From contig NZ_LT906458.1 in NCBI RefSeq assembly GCF_900187275.1, positions 2,238,954-2,270,953 of the forward strand: a DNA stretch of 32,000 nt, in the 5' to 3' direction. Below are positions 20,478-31,747 of the stretch, one piece after another. This DNA comes from Pasteurella multocida. Its GTDB lineage: Bacteria > Pseudomonadota > Gammaproteobacteria > Enterobacterales > Pasteurellaceae. Within the stretch, counting starts at the first letter, position 1. Each line of letters opens with the position of its first letter. Below the pieces are notes generated by a model that was given only the letters and a program-made list of their open reading frames with translations, had not been told where the DNA came from and did not search any database. Made by a program: the position numbers and the translations under genes.

Positions 20478-20486
20478 GTGCGGTCA
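20478..20486 (+). repeat. Uptake signal sequence upstream of typA
   Basis: AAGTGCGGT exact core. Confidence 0.85.
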
Positions 20487-20528
20487 GAAAAAGAACTTTT
20501 TCCTATTTCAATATATAAGATTTTCTCA

Positions 20529-22379
20529 ATGACAGATAAAATAGATATCAATAAATTGCGTAATATCGCAATTATCGCCCACGTTGACCACGGTAAAACT
20601 ACCCTCGTTGATAAACTTTTACAACAATCCGGCACATTAGAGGCATCACGTAATGAAAGTGATGAGCGTGTCATGGACTCTAATGACATCGAAAAAGAAC
20701 GTGGTATTACCATTTTAGCTAAGAATACCGCCATTAATTGGAATGACTATCGCATTAATATCGTAGACACCCCAGGACACGCAGACTTCGGTGGTGAAGT
20801 GGAACGTGTGATGTCAATGGTAGATTGTGTACTTTTAATTGTAGATGCTTTTGATGGTCCAATGCCACAAACGCGTTTTGTGACTCAAAAAGCGTTTGCC
20901 CACGGTTTAAAACCAATAGTGGTGATTAACAAAGTTGACCGTCCAGGCGCGCGCCCTGACTGGGTAGTGGATCAAGTTTTTGATCTTTTTGTCAACTTAG
21001 GTGCAACCGATGAGCAGTTAGATTTTCCAATTATTTATGCTTCTGCATTAAATGGTGTTGCGGGTCTTGAACACGATGATTTAGCAGAAGATATGACCCC
21101 ATTATTTGAAGCGATTGTGAAACATGTTGAGCCACCAAAAGTGGAACTTGAGCAACCTTTCCAAATGCAAATCTCCCAATTAGATTACAACAGCTATGTT
21201 GGGGTAATCGGGATCGGACGTATTAAACGTGGTTCAGTTAAACCTAACCAAACCGTGAGCATTATTGATAGCGAAGGTAAAACCCGTACCGGTAAAATCG
21301 GTCAAGTACTCGGTCATTTAGGTTTGCAACGTTATGAAACAGAGCGTGCTTATGCCGGGGATATTATTGCGATCACGGGATTAGGTGAGTTAAATATTTC
21401 TGATACCATTTGCGATATTAACCATGTTGAAGCCTTACCCGCATTAAGCGTTGATGAACCTACGGTGACTATGTTCTTCTGTGTCAATACTTCACCTTTC
21501 TGTGGTAAAGAAGGGAAATATGTGACGTCTCGCCAAATTCTTGAGCGCTTAAATAAAGAATTGGTACACAACGTGGCATTACGAGTAGAAGAAACAGAAG
21601 ATCCAGATGCTTTCCGTGTTTCGGGTCGTGGTGAATTACACCTTTCTGTTTTAATCGAGAATATGCGTCGTGAAGGCTATGAATTGGCTGTGTCACGCCC
21701 ACGTGTTATCTATAAAGAAGTAGATGGACGTAAGCAAGAGCCATTTGAGCAAGTGACGATTGATATTGAAGAACAGCATCAAGGTTCAGTCATGGAAGCA
21801 CTCGGTATTCGTAAAGGTGAAGTACGTGATATGGTGCCAGATGGTAAAGGACGTACCCGTTTGGAATATAACATTCCAAGCCGTGGCTTAATTGGTTTCC
21901 GTGGCGAATTTATGACGATGACCTCCGGTACTGGTTTACTTTATTCAAGTTTTAGTCACTATGATGATATTAAACTAGGTGAAATTGGACAACGTAAAAA
22001 TGGTGTCTTAATTTCTAATGCGACTGGGAAGGCATTGGCTTACGCGTTATTTAGTTTACAGGAGCGTGGTAAATTAATGATTGAACATGGTACCGAAGTG
22101 TATGAAGGGCAAATTATCGGTATCCATAGCCGTTCAAATGACTTAACTGTGAACTGTTTGCAAGGTAAAAAATTAACTAACATGCGTGCCTCAGGTAAAG
22201 ATGAAGCCGTTGTGTTAGTGCCACCTGTACGCTTTAGTTTAGAACAAGCGATTGAGTTTATTGATGATGATGAGTTGGTGGAAGTGACACCAAGCTCGAT
22301 TCGTATCCGTAAAAAATTGTTAACGGAAACCGATCGTAAGCGTGCAAGTCGTACGACAACCAGTACTAGCACTCACTAG
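20529..22379 (+). CDS. typA: Ribosome-associated GTPase TypA/BipA
   Basis: [31 protein letters not shown]-type start ([35 protein letters not shown]), [23 protein letters not shown]. The real start is likely 20529 rather than 20448. Confidence 0.97.
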   Translation: MTDKIDINKLRNIAIIAHVDHGKTTLVDKLLQQSGTLEASRNESDERVMDSNDIEKERGITILAKNTAINWNDYRINIVDTPGHADFGGEVERVMSMVDCVLLIVDAFDGPMPQTRFVTQKAFAHGLKPIVVINKVDRPGARPDWVVDQVFDLFVNLGATDEQLDFPIIYASALNGVAGLEHDDLAEDMTPLFEAIVKHVEPPKVELEQPFQMQISQLDYNSYVGVIGIGRIKRGSVKPNQTVSIIDSEGKTRTGKIGQVLGHLGLQRYETERAYAGDIIAITGLGELNISDTICDINHVEALPALSVDEPTVTMFFCVNTSPFCGKEGKYVTSRQILERLNKELVHNVALRVEETEDPDAFRVSGRGELHLSVLIENMRREGYELAVSRPRVIYKEVDGRKQEPFEQVTIDIEEQHQGSVMEALGIRKGEVRDMVPDGKGRTRLEYNIPSRGLIGFRGEFMTMTSGTGLLYSSFSHYDDIKLGEIGQRKNGVLISNATGKALAYALFSLQERGKLMIEHGTEVYEGQIIGIHSRSNDLTVNCLQGKKLTNMRASGKDEAVVLVPPVRFSLEQAIEFIDDDELVEVTPSSIRIRKKLLTETDRKRASRTTTSTSTH

Positions 22380-22400
22380 CTGAACATGCTTATTTTTAAA

Positions 22401-22428
22401 GACCGTGCGATTAAGCGCGGTCTTTTTT
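22401..22428. terminator. typA terminator between convergent genes
   Basis: GACCGTGC gattaa GCGCGGTC (one G-U pair) followed by a T-run. Confidence 0.82.
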
Positions 22429-22436
22429 TAGTCGCA

Positions 22437-23282
22437 TTAGTCTCGTGAAACGTGAATACTTTTTTTGATGTGTTTTAAGTTTGCTACGATAGTAAAGGTC
22501 ATGATAACTAATAGCGCCCATGCACTCCATTTACTGACATGTACCATTGACCATGCTCCAATTTGATTAGGGTAGCGCCAGATGCCAATAAATGTTCCCA
22601 TATTTTCAGCTAGCCAAATAAAGAAACCTATTAGCATAAATGCAAACAATAATGGCATTTTCCGTGGTTTATCGTAAGGGGTGAAATATACGATGGTACG
22701 CGCATATAACCCTAAAGCAAAAACAGCTAAATACCAGCGATAATCACCAATATAATGATGAGTGAAAAAATTTAGGTAAATAAGAATTGCAGTTAATGTG
22801 GATAAAAAATACGGTGGGTGACTTTTAATTTTGAGGTCAAATAAACGCCAAGCTTGAATGATATAACTACCCACTGCAGCATACATAAAACCTGTAAATA
22901 AGGGGACGCCATAGATTTTACTGTAAGCAAAATCAGGATAGGACCAAGATTGGATACTGCTTGAGGTTTTAAATAATTCTAGTGCGAAGCCAATAAGATG
23001 AAATAGTGTAATGGATTTGATTTCATCTAGTGTTTCAAATTTTGTATAAAACATGATAACTTGTAGTAAAATCGCAAAAATTAGAAGTACATCATAACGA
23101 GGTAGCCCTAAGAAACCTGCTTTTGGTGTGATAAACATGGCGATAAAGAATAAACCCGCAAATAAGCAGGCGCGAATTTCTTTTAAGCCAAAAAATAAAA
23201 ATTCTATACTGAATCGTTTTATACCCGTGAGATGCTGAGTTTGGGGGTGTTGAATGAGCCAACTATCTATTTTATTTAGCAT
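22437..23282 (-). CDS. DUF817-type integral membrane protein
   Basis: Multi-TM. FFGLKEIRACLFAGLFF, FHLIGFALELFKTSSSIQSWSYPD, PLFTGFMYAAVGSYIIQAWRLFDLK and WLAENMGTFIGIWRYPNQIGAWSMVHVSKWSAWALL. Confidence 0.8.
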   Translation of the reverse strand: MLNKIDSWLIQHPQTQHLTGIKRFSIEFLFFGLKEIRACLFAGLFFIAMFITPKAGFLGLPRYDVLLIFAILLQVIMFYTKFETLDEIKSITLFHLIGFALELFKTSSSIQSWSYPDFAYSKIYGVPLFTGFMYAAVGSYIIQAWRLFDLKIKSHPPYFLSTLTAILIYLNFFTHHYIGDYRWYLAVFALGLYARTIVYFTPYDKPRKMPLLFAFMLIGFFIWLAENMGTFIGIWRYPNQIGAWSMVHVSKWSAWALLVIMTFTIVANLKHIKKSIHVSRD

Positions 23283-23377
23283 TTTTATCTGAATTTATAT
23301 TGCGAAAGACGTTTATTATAAAAGAGAAAATCAATGAATTGTTCTTTTTTGATTAAAAAACAATCGATTGAACGGTT

Positions 23378-23394
23378 GTTAAGTTTTTCTTAAT
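23378..23394 (+). promoter_or_regulatory. PmrA/QseB-like direct repeat upstream of the ygiW-type gene
   Basis: gTTAAG ttttt cTTAAT, TTAA half-sites with 11-nt periodicity, about 80 nt upstream of the start codon. Confidence 0.35.
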
Positions 23395-23475
23395 ATTTGT
23401 ATTGTTTAATACACTCATCAAAAGGCAAGTAGCTTTTTGAACCTTAATTTTTTATTAACATTTATATAGGAACAG

Positions 23476-23850
23476 ATGATGAAAAAATTAATCGCATTGG
23501 CCTCAATTTTAGTTATTTCAGGTATGGCCGTCGCAAAAGGTGGTTTCCAAAACAATACGAATAATGCAGGTGGTGGTTTTGGACCAAATGCAGGTATTAA
23601 TAGCGTGAGAGCTGCATTAAATGCACAAGATGATATGCCAGTTTCTATCGAAGGCTATATTGTTAGACAAATTGATGGTGATGAATTTATTTTCCGTGAC
23701 GTAGCAGGTTCAGAAATCCGTATTGATGTCAGTGATCGTGCTTGGAATGGGCAAACTATTCAACCGAATGATTTGATCATTATTCAAGGCAAAGTCGATA
23801 AAGAGTGGAATAAAACCGATATCGATGTAAAAAATATCATTAAGAAATAA
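23476..23850 (+). CDS. YgiW/YdeI family OB-fold (BOF) periplasmic stress protein
   Basis: Signal peptide MMKKLIALASILVISGMAVAKG, then GGFGPNAG...ARDDMPVSIEGYIVRQIDGDEFIFRDVAGSEIRIDVSDRAWNGQTI...VDKEW-type BOF pattern. Confidence 0.88.
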   Translation: MMKKLIALASILVISGMAVAKGGFQNNTNNAGGGFGPNAGINSVRAALNAQDDMPVSIEGYIVRQIDGDEFIFRDVAGSEIRIDVSDRAWNGQTIQPNDLIIIQGKVDKEWNKTDIDVKNIIKK

Positions 23851-23855
23851 TCTGT

Positions 23856-23888
23856 GCAGTGCGACAATGTCATATTAGTCGCACTTTT
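23856..23888 (+). terminator. Terminator after the ygiW-type gene
   Basis: CAGTGCGAC...GTCGCACTTTTT hairpin with a T-run. Confidence 0.65.
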
Positions 23889-24615
23889 TCTTTTCTACCT
23901 CTTCTATATCTAAAATGCGTGCTTGCTGTTCCTCTGTTGCTTCCATTTTCCAACGAATATTAAATTCATGTAGTCTAATACCATAAACTCGTTCTAATGA
24001 TTGCATCTTTTGATAGGCTGGGCGCGGATCTTGGGCAATTACCTCTGTGATAAAGCGCTTAAAGTGCGGTCGTTTTTTTTCGATTTTTTGTAGTGCGTTC
24101 TGTCCTTTTTCGCTAAATATGACTTGTAATGTACATTCTGGTTTTTCTTGAGCAAAACCCGATTTTGCCTCAGGTTCACTGTCAGCGTAAGCAAGATAAG
24201 GCTTAATATCAAAAATCGGCGTACCATCGACTAAATCTACAGCCCCTAAATGAAGGCGAACCTTGCCATTTTGACATTCCACTCGGCGTAATTCCACTTT
24301 CGATAAACCTAAGGGATTAGGTCTATGGGTTGAACGGGAGGCAAACACCCCTACACGTTGATTACCACCTAAACGTGGTGGTCTAACGGTTGGACGCCAT
24401 TTTCCTGTAGCGACTCTATCAAATTGAAAAATCAACCATAGGTGACTAAATTGTGCTAATCCTCTGACCGTTTCTGCTTGATTATAAGGGGGGAGTAATT
24501 CTAGGATCCCTGTGCCATCTTGGACTAAGTTGGGCTGACGCGGTACCGAAAATTTTTCTTTATAAGGGGTATGAATAATACCAATCGCGTGTAACTGGAG
24601 TGATAAGTCAGACAT
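23875..24615 (-). CDS. trmO: tRNA (N6-threonylcarbamoyladenosine(37)-N6)-methyltransferase TrmO
   Basis: [55 protein letters not shown] and [19 protein letters not shown] are the UPF0066/TsaA domain. Confidence 0.93.
   Translation of the reverse strand: MSDLSLQLHAIGIIHTPYKEKFSVPRQPNLVQDGTGILELLPPYNQAETVRGLAQFSHLWLIFQFDRVATGKWRPTVRPPRLGGNQRVGVFASRSTHRPNPLGLSKVELRRVECQNGKVRLHLGAVDLVDGTPIFDIKPYLAYADSEPEAKSGFAQEKPECTLQVIFSEKGQNALQKIEKKRPHFKRFITEVIAQDPRPAYQKMQSLERVYGIRLHEFNIRWKMEATEEQQARILDIEEVEKKKCD
24062..24070 (+). repeat. Uptake signal sequence inside trmO
   Basis: AAGTGCGGT exact core. Confidence 0.85.
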
Positions 24616-24716
24616 ATTTTCCTTCGTATGAAGATTTCGTGTAGAATAAAGTGATTTCAGTATTTTACGTAAAAGTACGTGAAAAATCGTGCTTTTTCTT
24701 TTAACAAGTGATGTTT

Positions 24717-25622
24717 ATGACAAATAATGTATTAAAAAAGTGGGTGGAAACAGCAAGACCAAAAACCTTGCCATTGGCAATCGCATCTATTATCACTGGT
24801 GCTTCATTGGCTTTTTGGTCTGGCAAATTCAGTTGGACAATTACGGTATGGTGTTTAATCACGACGGTGTTGCTACAAATTCTCTCGAATTTTGCCAACG
24901 ATTATGGTGATCACCAAAAAGGCTCGGATACGGCAGATCGAATTGGTCCCTTACGCGCAATTCAACAGGGTGAGATCAGCGCGAGTCAACTGAAAAAAGG
25001 GTTAATTGTTGTCGCCTTGGCGAGTCTATGTTCTGGTGCAATTTTAATTATTGTGGCATATCAATCCTTAGCGGATTTATTGGCGTTTAGTTTACTGGGG
25101 CTATTGGCAGTAGTTGCTGCAATTACCTACACCGTAGGGGCGAAACCTTATGGCTATATGGGATTGGGCGATTTATCAGTCTTGCTATTTTTTGGTTTAC
25201 TTGGGGTTGGTGGAAGTTATTACCTACAAACCCAGCAGCTCAATTTAGCTATTTTATTACCGGCGTTTGCTTCAGGCTTATTAGCCAGTGCAGTATTAAA
25301 TATCAATAATTTACGAGATATTGAACAAGATAGTCAAGTCGGTAAAAATACCTTAGCGGTACGTTTAGGCAGTGAAAAAGGTCGGATTTATCATGCATGT
25401 TTATTATTGGTGGCTATCCTTTGTTATTTGATTTTTACTTTGTGTTATGTGCAAAAACTGACAGGCTTTATTTTTCTTTTCGCGCTCCCTTTGTTTGTCA
25501 AACATGCGTTGTTTGTGTATCAAAATAAGTCACCACTCCAGTTACGCCCGATGTTGGCACAAATGTCCTTATTGGCGTTACTTATCAATCTGTTATTTAG
25601 TTTAGGCTTGCTTATCAGCTAG
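24717..25622 (+). CDS. menA: 1,4-dihydroxy-2-naphthoate polyprenyltransferase MenA
   Basis: WVETARPKTLPLAIASIITGA, NDYGDHQKGSDTADRIGPLRAIQQGEIS, LNINNLRDIEQDSQVGKNTLAVRLG. ATG at 24717 preferred over GTG at 24708. Confidence 0.95.
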   Translation: MTNNVLKKWVETARPKTLPLAIASIITGASLAFWSGKFSWTITVWCLITTVLLQILSNFANDYGDHQKGSDTADRIGPLRAIQQGEISASQLKKGLIVVALASLCSGAILIIVAYQSLADLLAFSLLGLLAVVAAITYTVGAKPYGYMGLGDLSVLLFFGLLGVGGSYYLQTQQLNLAILLPAFASGLLASAVLNINNLRDIEQDSQVGKNTLAVRLGSEKGRIYHACLLLVAILCYLIFTLCYVQKLTGFIFLFALPLFVKHALFVYQNKSPLQLRPMLAQMSLLALLINLLFSLGLLIS

Positions 25623-25672
25623 CAATAGGCATATACTAACGAAATGAATTTTCTTCAAAATAAGGTAATGTT

Positions 25673-26173
25673 ATGTACATTGATACTTCTGAGCTTTGTG
25701 ATATTTATCTTGATCAAGTGGATGTAGTTGAACCTATTTTTTCAAGTTTTGGTGGCGTAAATCGTTTTTATGGCAAAGTCACTACCGTAAAATGCTTTGA
25801 AAATAATGGCTTAATTACAGATATTTTAGAAGAGAACGGCGAAGGTCGTGTTTTATTGATTGATGGTGGTGGTGCAGTACGTCGTGCTTTAGTCGATGCA
25901 GAGCTCGCACAATTAGCAGTCGATAATGGTTGGGAAGGCATTATTGTTTATGGTGCGGTTCGTCAAATTCAACAACTCGAAGAGATGGACATTGGTATAC
26001 ACGCCTTAGCCCCTATTCCTGTGGGCGCAGATAAACAGAACATCGGTGAAATTGATGTACCAGTCAATTTTGGTGGTGTGACATTTTTCCCTGAAGATTA
26101 TGTGTATGCTGATTTAACAGGTATTATTTTATCGCAAGAGCCTTTAGAGCTAGATGAGTTTAATGATGCGTAA
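25673..26173 (+). CDS. rraA: Regulator of ribonuclease activity A
   Basis: [48 protein letters not shown]...[29 protein letters not shown]; located after menA. Confidence 0.95.
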   Translation: MYIDTSELCDIYLDQVDVVEPIFSSFGGVNRFYGKVTTVKCFENNGLITDILEENGEGRVLLIDGGGAVRRALVDAELAQLAVDNGWEGIIVYGAVRQIQQLEEMDIGIHALAPIPVGADKQNIGEIDVPVNFGGVTFFPEDYVYADLTGIILSQEPLELDEFNDA

Positions 26174-26196
26174 TTTGCGCTGATATGACATTGCAT

Positions 26197-26239
26197 AAAA
26201 GTGCAGCTGAAAAAGTCAAATTTTCGCTGCACTTTTTTG
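26197..26239 (+). terminator. rraA terminator
   Basis: AAAAGTGCAGC (26197-26207) / GCTGCACTTTT (26226-26236), followed by a T-run. Confidence 0.8.
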
Positions 26240-26390
26240 TTGCGCGATTGTTTTTATGCGCTTGTTCACAAATCCATATAAAATGTGTTGCTTTTTATTA
26301 ACACAATGGTAATTTTTCTAAAAGTTCTGTTCACACGTTGAACAGCTATTTTTCCCTTTTTTATCGTGGTTTATTTAGAAGGATAACATT

Positions 26391-27782
26391 ATGAATCTCG
26401 CCGAAACACCAACAAAAAGTGGTTTTAATCGTAATGCCATTATTTTTTTATTCGATATTGTCATCTTTTTTATTTTATTGAATGTGTTACCTTTCGATGC
26501 TAAAGCCAATAAAGGTTTAGCCTTATTAGTCTTTATTGCGGTGCTCTGGTTGACGGAAGCATTACATGTGACAGTGACGGCATTATTAGTGCCTTTACTG
26601 GCGATTGGATTAGGTTTAGTCGCCACGAAGAATGCATTAGCTGCCTTTGCTGATCCAACGATTTTCCTCTTCTTTGGTGGTTTTGCATTAGCGACTGCAT
26701 TACATATTCAAAAGTTGGATCGCATGATAGCCAATAAAATTATGGCATTAGCGAGAGGCAAATTATTTGTGGCCAGTATTTACTTGTTTTCTATTACTGC
26801 ATTTTTGTCTATGTGGATGAGTAATACCGCGACAGCGGCAATGATGTTGCCATTAGCCATGGGAGTATTAAGCCAAATGGACAGAGAAGCAAATCATAAT
26901 ACTTATGTGTTCATTTTGTTAGGTATCGCCTATAGTGCCAACATCGGGGGAATGGGTACATTAGTGGGCAGCCCGCCGAATGCTATTGTTGCTTCACAAT
27001 TAAAATTGACTTTCTCGGATTGGTTACAATATGGTTTACCTATCATGTTGATTTTAATGCCGCTCATGATTGGGACATTGTATTTGGTATTTAAACCAAA
27101 ATTGAATGTGCGTTTTGAAAAGCATTTTGAAGTCATTGAAATGAATAAATCACGCATTATTACATTATGTATTTTTGTCACAATTGCATTGTGTTGGGTG
27201 TTTAGTAGTCAGATTAATCCGCTATTATCGAATTTATTAGGCTTAGAAAAGAAAATGGCGAGCTTTGATAGCGTAGTCGCCTTATTAGCGGCTGTGGTGA
27301 TTTGTTCTACTGGCGTGGCAACCTGGAAACAAATTCAAGATAACACAGATTGGGGCGTTTTAATGTTGTTTGGTGGTGGCTTGACTTTAAGTGCCGTGTT
27401 ACGCGATTCTGGTGCCAGTAAGATTTTAGCTGACGGTATTGTCTTCTTAATTGAAGGAGGACACTTTTATTTGATTGGTTTATTGGTTGCCGCATTTATT
27501 ATTTTCTTAACTGAATTTACCTCCAATACAGCCAGTGCAGCGTTGTTAGTCCCTATTTTCATTTCCATTGCCCAGTCTTTAGGCATGCCAGAACTTGGAC
27601 TTGCGTTAATTATCGGTTTAGGGGCATCTTGTGCCTTTATGCTACCGGTGGCGACACCACCGAATGCGATTGTCTTTGGTACAGGTGAGATTAGACAAAG
27701 TGAAATGGTGAGAGTAGGTGTGTTATTAAATATTGTCTGTATCTTTGTAATTGCGACAGTAGGCTATTTATTTTGGCTATAA
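26391..27782 (+). CDS. SLC13/DASS family anion (dicarboxylate) transporter
   Basis: 463 aa, multi-TM. LWLTEALHVTVTALLVPLLAIGLG, SMWMSNTATAAMMLPLA, IAYSANIGGMGTLVGSPPNAI, FTSNTASAALLVPIF and PVATPPNAIVFGTGEI. Confidence 0.9.
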   Translation: MNLAETPTKSGFNRNAIIFLFDIVIFFILLNVLPFDAKANKGLALLVFIAVLWLTEALHVTVTALLVPLLAIGLGLVATKNALAAFADPTIFLFFGGFALATALHIQKLDRMIANKIMALARGKLFVASIYLFSITAFLSMWMSNTATAAMMLPLAMGVLSQMDREANHNTYVFILLGIAYSANIGGMGTLVGSPPNAIVASQLKLTFSDWLQYGLPIMLILMPLMIGTLYLVFKPKLNVRFEKHFEVIEMNKSRIITLCIFVTIALCWVFSSQINPLLSNLLGLEKKMASFDSVVALLAAVVICSTGVATWKQIQDNTDWGVLMLFGGGLTLSAVLRDSGASKILADGIVFLIEGGHFYLIGLLVAAFIIFLTEFTSNTASAALLVPIFISIAQSLGMPELGLALIIGLGASCAFMLPVATPPNAIVFGTGEIRQSEMVRVGVLLNIVCIFVIATVGYLFWL

Positions 27783-27827
27783 AACATCGCTTGTGATGTA
27801 ATTGAAACAAACAATCAGGTATTAAAC

Positions 27828-27862
27828 AAAGTGCGGTGATTTCTAAAAAATCACCGCACTTT
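27828..27862. terminator. Inverted uptake-signal pair between convergent DASS gene and mnmE
   Basis: AAAGTGCGGTGATT tctaaaa AATCACCGCACTTT with flanking T-run. Confidence 0.85.
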
Positions 27863-27877
27863 TTTGTGATGGATTGT

Positions 27878-29236
27878 TTATTTACCAATACAGAAAGAAC
27901 TGAAAATATTGCCGAGTAAATCATCGGAAGTAAATTGCCCAGTAATTTCACTTAAATGATTCTGAACTCGACGTAATTCTTCTGCCAATAATTCGCCAGC
28001 ATAGAATTGCGTTAATTGTACATGACCTTGTTGTAAATGCGTTGCTGCTTGTTCTAGTGCTTCAAGATGGCGACGGCGAGCGAGGAATCCTCCTTCCATA
28101 TTGGTTTGATAACCCATGGATTGTTTGAGATGTTCACGCAATAGCGCAACCCCTTGTTGCGTTTTAGCGGAAAGAGTAATGACAGTATAACCATTTTGCT
28201 CCACTATGCCTTCATTTTCACCACTTAAATCCGCTTTATTACGTACAATCGTGACGGGAATATTGCTTGGCAATTTGGTTAAAAATTCTGACCGCACTTT
28301 TTCTAAATCTTGGTTATCGGCTTCTGTGCTATCTAACATTAACAAAATGCGATCAGCTTGTTCGATTTCACTCCAAGCACGCACGATTCCAATACGCTCG
28401 ACTTCATCCGTAGCCTCTCGCAGACCGGCTGTATCAATAATGTGCAGTGGCATGCCATCAATATGAATATGTTCACGTAGCACATCACGGGTTGTTCCCG
28501 CAATATCCGTGACAATTGCCGCTTCACGCCCAGCTAGCGCATTGAGAAGGCTCGATTTCCCTGCATTTGGTCGCCCAGCAATCACCACTTTCATCCCTTC
28601 ACGCAAAATCGAACCTTGTTTCGCCTCTGAACGGACATGGTCTAGCTGTGTAATGATATCATTCAGGTGGGCTTCAATTTTACCGTCTGCTAGAAAATCA
28701 ATTTCTTCATCTGGGAAATCAATTGCCGCTTCCACATAGGTCCGTAAGTAAATCACACTATCAACGAGCTGATTCACTTTATTAGAAAATTCACCTTGTA
28801 GGGATTTTAATGCCGAGCGAGCGGCTTGCTCTGAACTGGCATCAATTAAATCAGCAATCGCTTCGGCTTGCGCCAAATCTAATTTATCGTTTAAGAAAGC
28901 TTGTTCTGAAAATTCACCGGGACGGGCTAAACGGAGTCCTTCTAGCTGTAAAATACGTTTTAATAGCAGATCGAGTACAACCTGACCGCCATGTCCTTGT
29001 AATTCCAACACATCTTCGCCTGTAAAGGAGTGAGGGGCTTTGAAGTACAGCGCAATGCCCTGATCGAGCACATTTCCATCACTATCTTTAAAGGGCAAAT
29101 AATCTGCCATACGTGGTTTGGGGCATTTACCTAATACCGCATGGGCAACCTCAACGGCTTTCGGACCTGACACACGTAAAATCCCAATTCCACCGCGTCC
29201 CGGTGCAGTAGCTTGTGCAACAATGGTTTCTTTCAT
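27878..29236 (-). CDS. mnmE: tRNA modification GTPase MnmE
   Basis: [59 protein letters not shown]-terminal FCIGK. Confidence 0.98.
   Translation of the reverse strand: MKETIVAQATAPGRGGIGILRVSGPKAVEVAHAVLGKCPKPRMADYLPFKDSDGNVLDQGIALYFKAPHSFTGEDVLELQGHGGQVVLDLLLKRILQLEGLRLARPGEFSEQAFLNDKLDLAQAEAIADLIDASSEQAARSALKSLQGEFSNKVNQLVDSVIYLRTYVEAAIDFPDEEIDFLADGKIEAHLNDIITQLDHVRSEAKQGSILREGMKVVIAGRPNAGKSSLLNALAGREAAIVTDIAGTTRDVLREHIHIDGMPLHIIDTAGLREATDEVERIGIVRAWSEIEQADRILLMLDSTEADNQDLEKVRSEFLTKLPSNIPVTIVRNKADLSGENEGIVEQNGYTVITLSAKTQQGVALLREHLKQSMGYQTNMEGGFLARRRHLEALEQAATHLQQGHVQLTQFYAGELLAEELRRVQNHLSEITGQFTSDDLLGNIFSSFCIGK
28294..28302 (-). repeat. Uptake signal sequence inside mnmE
   Basis: ACCGCACTT exact core. 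Confidence 0.85.
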
Positions 29237-29255
29237 AAAAACTCTCTTAAAAATG

Positions 29256-29264
29256 ACCGCACTT
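29256..29264 (-). repeat. Uptake signal sequence between mnmE and yidC
   Basis: ACCGCACTT exact core. Confidence 0.85.
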
Positions 29265-29315
29265 TGATAAAACAAAAGGCACCAACTTGATGCCTTTTAT
29301 GTTCATTCAACTGAA

Positions 29316-30941
29316 TTATTTATGGCGAGAGTGTAACCCTTTTTTCTCTAAGCCACGATAAATCAATTGCTGTTGAGCGATAGTGATCAAGTTAGACACT
29401 AACCAGTATAATACCAAGCCTGATGGGAACCACAAGAAGAACACCATAAAGATTAATGGCATGAAGTTCATGATCTTCTGTTGTGTTGGATCTGCCACTG
29501 GCGTTGGTGACATTTTCTGTAATAAGAACATCGATGCACCCATTAAGATCGGCAGGATATAATACGGGTCTTGTGCCGATAAGTCTTGGATCCAACCAAA
29601 GAATGGTGCATGACGTAATTCAACGGCTTCTAAGAACGTCCAGTATAATGCGATGAAAATTGGCATTTGCAGAAGAATAGGTAAACAGCCACCTAATGGA
29701 TTGACTTTCTCTTCTTTATAAAGTTTCATCATTTCTTGGCTCATACGTTGACGATCTTCACCAAAACGTTCACGCATTTCTTGCAGTTTCGGCTGTAACA
29801 TACGCATTTTTGCCATGGAGGTGTATTGTGCTTTAGTAAGTGGGTATAAAATCGCTTTGACCACTAAAGTCACACCAATAATCGCAAGCCCCCAGTTTTG
29901 TACAATACTTTGAATAAAGGTTAAGAGCCAGAATAGCGGTTTAGCAATAAACCATGCCCACCCATAGTCCACACTTAAATCTAAATGGTTTGCGACAGTT
30001 GCCATTTGATCTTGTAACTTAGGTCCAGTCCAAAGGGAGCTGCGAATCGTTTCTTTGGCACCAGCAGGAATTGCACTTACTGGACCACGATAACCAATCG
30101 AAGCCAAATTATTAGATTTATCGGTTAAGCTATAAAGCTGATTATCCGCATCTTGATTTGGGATCCACGCCGAAACGAAATAGTGCTGTAATACAGCGAC
30201 CCAGCCAGCTTTGGTTGAGATAGACAAGTTGGCTTTTTCCATGTCTGCAAAACTGTATTTTTTATAGTTGGTTTCAGACGAGGAATAAGCGCCACCCGTA
30301 TAGGTTGGCATCGCGACGTTACCAGTATCTTCAACTAAAGTATGACGTAATTGCCCATAAGGCTCAACTTCGATAGTTTTATCACTTTGGTTATCAATTT
30401 CAAAGTTTACCGCAATGTCATAAGCACCACGTTTTAACACAAAGATTTTACGGAAAGTCACGCCGTCTTTCTCAAACACGAATGGCACGGCAAGTTCATT
30501 TTGCTCATCTGCTAATTTAAACGTATCGCCATCAACCTGATAGTTAGCACGTCCCGCTTTGGTATCAATACCGTCTTTACCAACAAGACCACTTTGTGCG
30601 ATATAGACATGATTTGCTTTGTTGGTTAACAACGTAAACGGGGTATTGGAATTTAATTCTGCATCGTATTTTAATAATTCAGAATGAACAACATCGCCCC
30701 CTAAGGTATCCACTTCCAAACGGAATACATCATTTTCTAATGTGATAATACGACCTTGTGCTTGTGCTGTTGTTGCAATATCCGAAGATGAAGAAGCAGA
30801 ACTTGCAGGTACATCAGAAGATACTTTTACTTGTTCAGTTGCAACAGGTTTTGGCGTATGGTAGTCAAGTTGCCATTGCTGATAAACAAGAAAAGAAATG
30901 AAGAGTAGTGCGATGACTAACAGGCTACGTCTTGAGTCCAT
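29316..30941 (-). CDS. yidC: Membrane protein insertase YidC
   Basis: [70 protein letters not shown]. Confidence 0.98.
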   Translation of the reverse strand: MDSRRSLLVIALLFISFLVYQQWQLDYHTPKPVATEQVKVSSDVPASSASSSSDIATTAQAQGRIITLENDVFRLEVDTLGGDVVHSELLKYDAELNSNTPFTLLTNKANHVYIAQSGLVGKDGIDTKAGRANYQVDGDTFKLADEQNELAVPFVFEKDGVTFRKIFVLKRGAYDIAVNFEIDNQSDKTIEVEPYGQLRHTLVEDTGNVAMPTYTGGAYSSSETNYKKYSFADMEKANLSISTKAGWVAVLQHYFVSAWIPNQDADNQLYSLTDKSNNLASIGYRGPVSAIPAGAKETIRSSLWTGPKLQDQMATVANHLDLSVDYGWAWFIAKPLFWLLTFIQSIVQNWGLAIIGVTLVVKAILYPLTKAQYTSMAKMRMLQPKLQEMRERFGEDRQRMSQEMMKLYKEEKVNPLGGCLPILLQMPIFIALYWTFLEAVELRHAPFFGWIQDLSAQDPYYILPILMGASMFLLQKMSPTPVADPTQQKIMNFMPLIFMVFFLWFPSGLVLYWLVSNLITIAQQQLIYRGLEKKGLHSRHK

Positions 30942-31201
30942 TATTTTTTCTCTTTTTTGTTATTGATCTTTGGTGGAACAGGATCGTATCCACCCGCGTT
31001 TAAAGGATGACATTTTAATATACGTTTTAGCGTAAGCCAACTCCCTTTTATCGCACCATGGGTTTTTACTGCTTCAATCCCATAGCAAGAACATGTCGGT
31101 GTGAAACGACAACGGGGGCCAATGAGTGGGCTAATGACAACTTGATAGACACGAATTAACCCAATCAAGATTTTTGAGCTAAGCGAATGTGTCTTTGCCA
31201 T
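30941..31201 (-). CDS. yidD: Membrane protein insertion efficiency factor YidD
   Basis: [64 protein letters not shown]. Confidence 0.97.
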   Translation of the reverse strand: MAKTHSLSSKILIGLIRVYQVVISPLIGPRCRFTPTCSCYGIEAVKTHGAIKGSWLTLKRILKCHPLNAGGYDPVPPKINNKKEKK

Positions 31202-31524
31202 AATTTATCCAATGTTTGTGTGAGTGTCCTGTTGTCTAATTTACCAATTCCCTGTTTCGCCACAATAACAAAATCGCAATTGGGGAGTTTATACTGTGCT
31301 AGGCGGAAACTTTCTCGGCATAAGCGTTTGATGCGATTGCGATCATGTGCTTTTTTTAAATGCTTTTTCGCGACAGTTAACCCTAAGCGAGGATGAGCGA
31401 GATTATTGGGACGAGCAAGAATGGTAAGTTCAGGTGTACTAGCACGGAACGGCTGTTCGAAGACGTATTTAAAATGAAGGGGAGTTAACAAACGTAACTC
31501 CCTCGAAAAATTCAGCTTAATCAC
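31165..31524 (-). CDS. rnpA: Ribonuclease P protein component
   Basis: [19 protein letters not shown]...[32 protein letters not shown]. Confidence 0.97.
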   Translation of the reverse strand: MIKLNFSRELRLLTPLHFKYVFEQPFRASTPELTILARPNNLAHPRLGLTVAKKHLKKAHDRNRIKRLCRESFRLAQYKLPNCDFVIVAKQGIGKLDNRTLTQTLDKLWQRHIRLAQKS

Positions 31525-31541
31525 ACCAATAGGGATTAAGA

Positions 31542-31676
31542 TTATGCTGATAACGATTTACGACCTTTAGCACGACGACGAGCTAAAACTTGGCGGCCGT
31601 TTTTAGTTGCCATACGAGCACGGAAACCGTGTGTACGACTACGTTTTAACACTGATGGTTGAAATGTACGTTTCAT
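31542..31676 (-). CDS. rpmH: 50S ribosomal protein L34 (absent from the supplied ORF track)
   Basis: The minus strand from ATG at 31676 begins [24 protein letters not shown] and ends ..[12 protein letters not shown] with stop at 31542-31544. 44 codons, immediately upstream of rnpA. Confidence 0.97.
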
Positions 31677-31747
31677 AACTGTAATTTACCTAAATCAAAA
31701 ATTGTTCAGTAATCTTGAAAACAAGGATTAATCAAATAAGGAACGGA

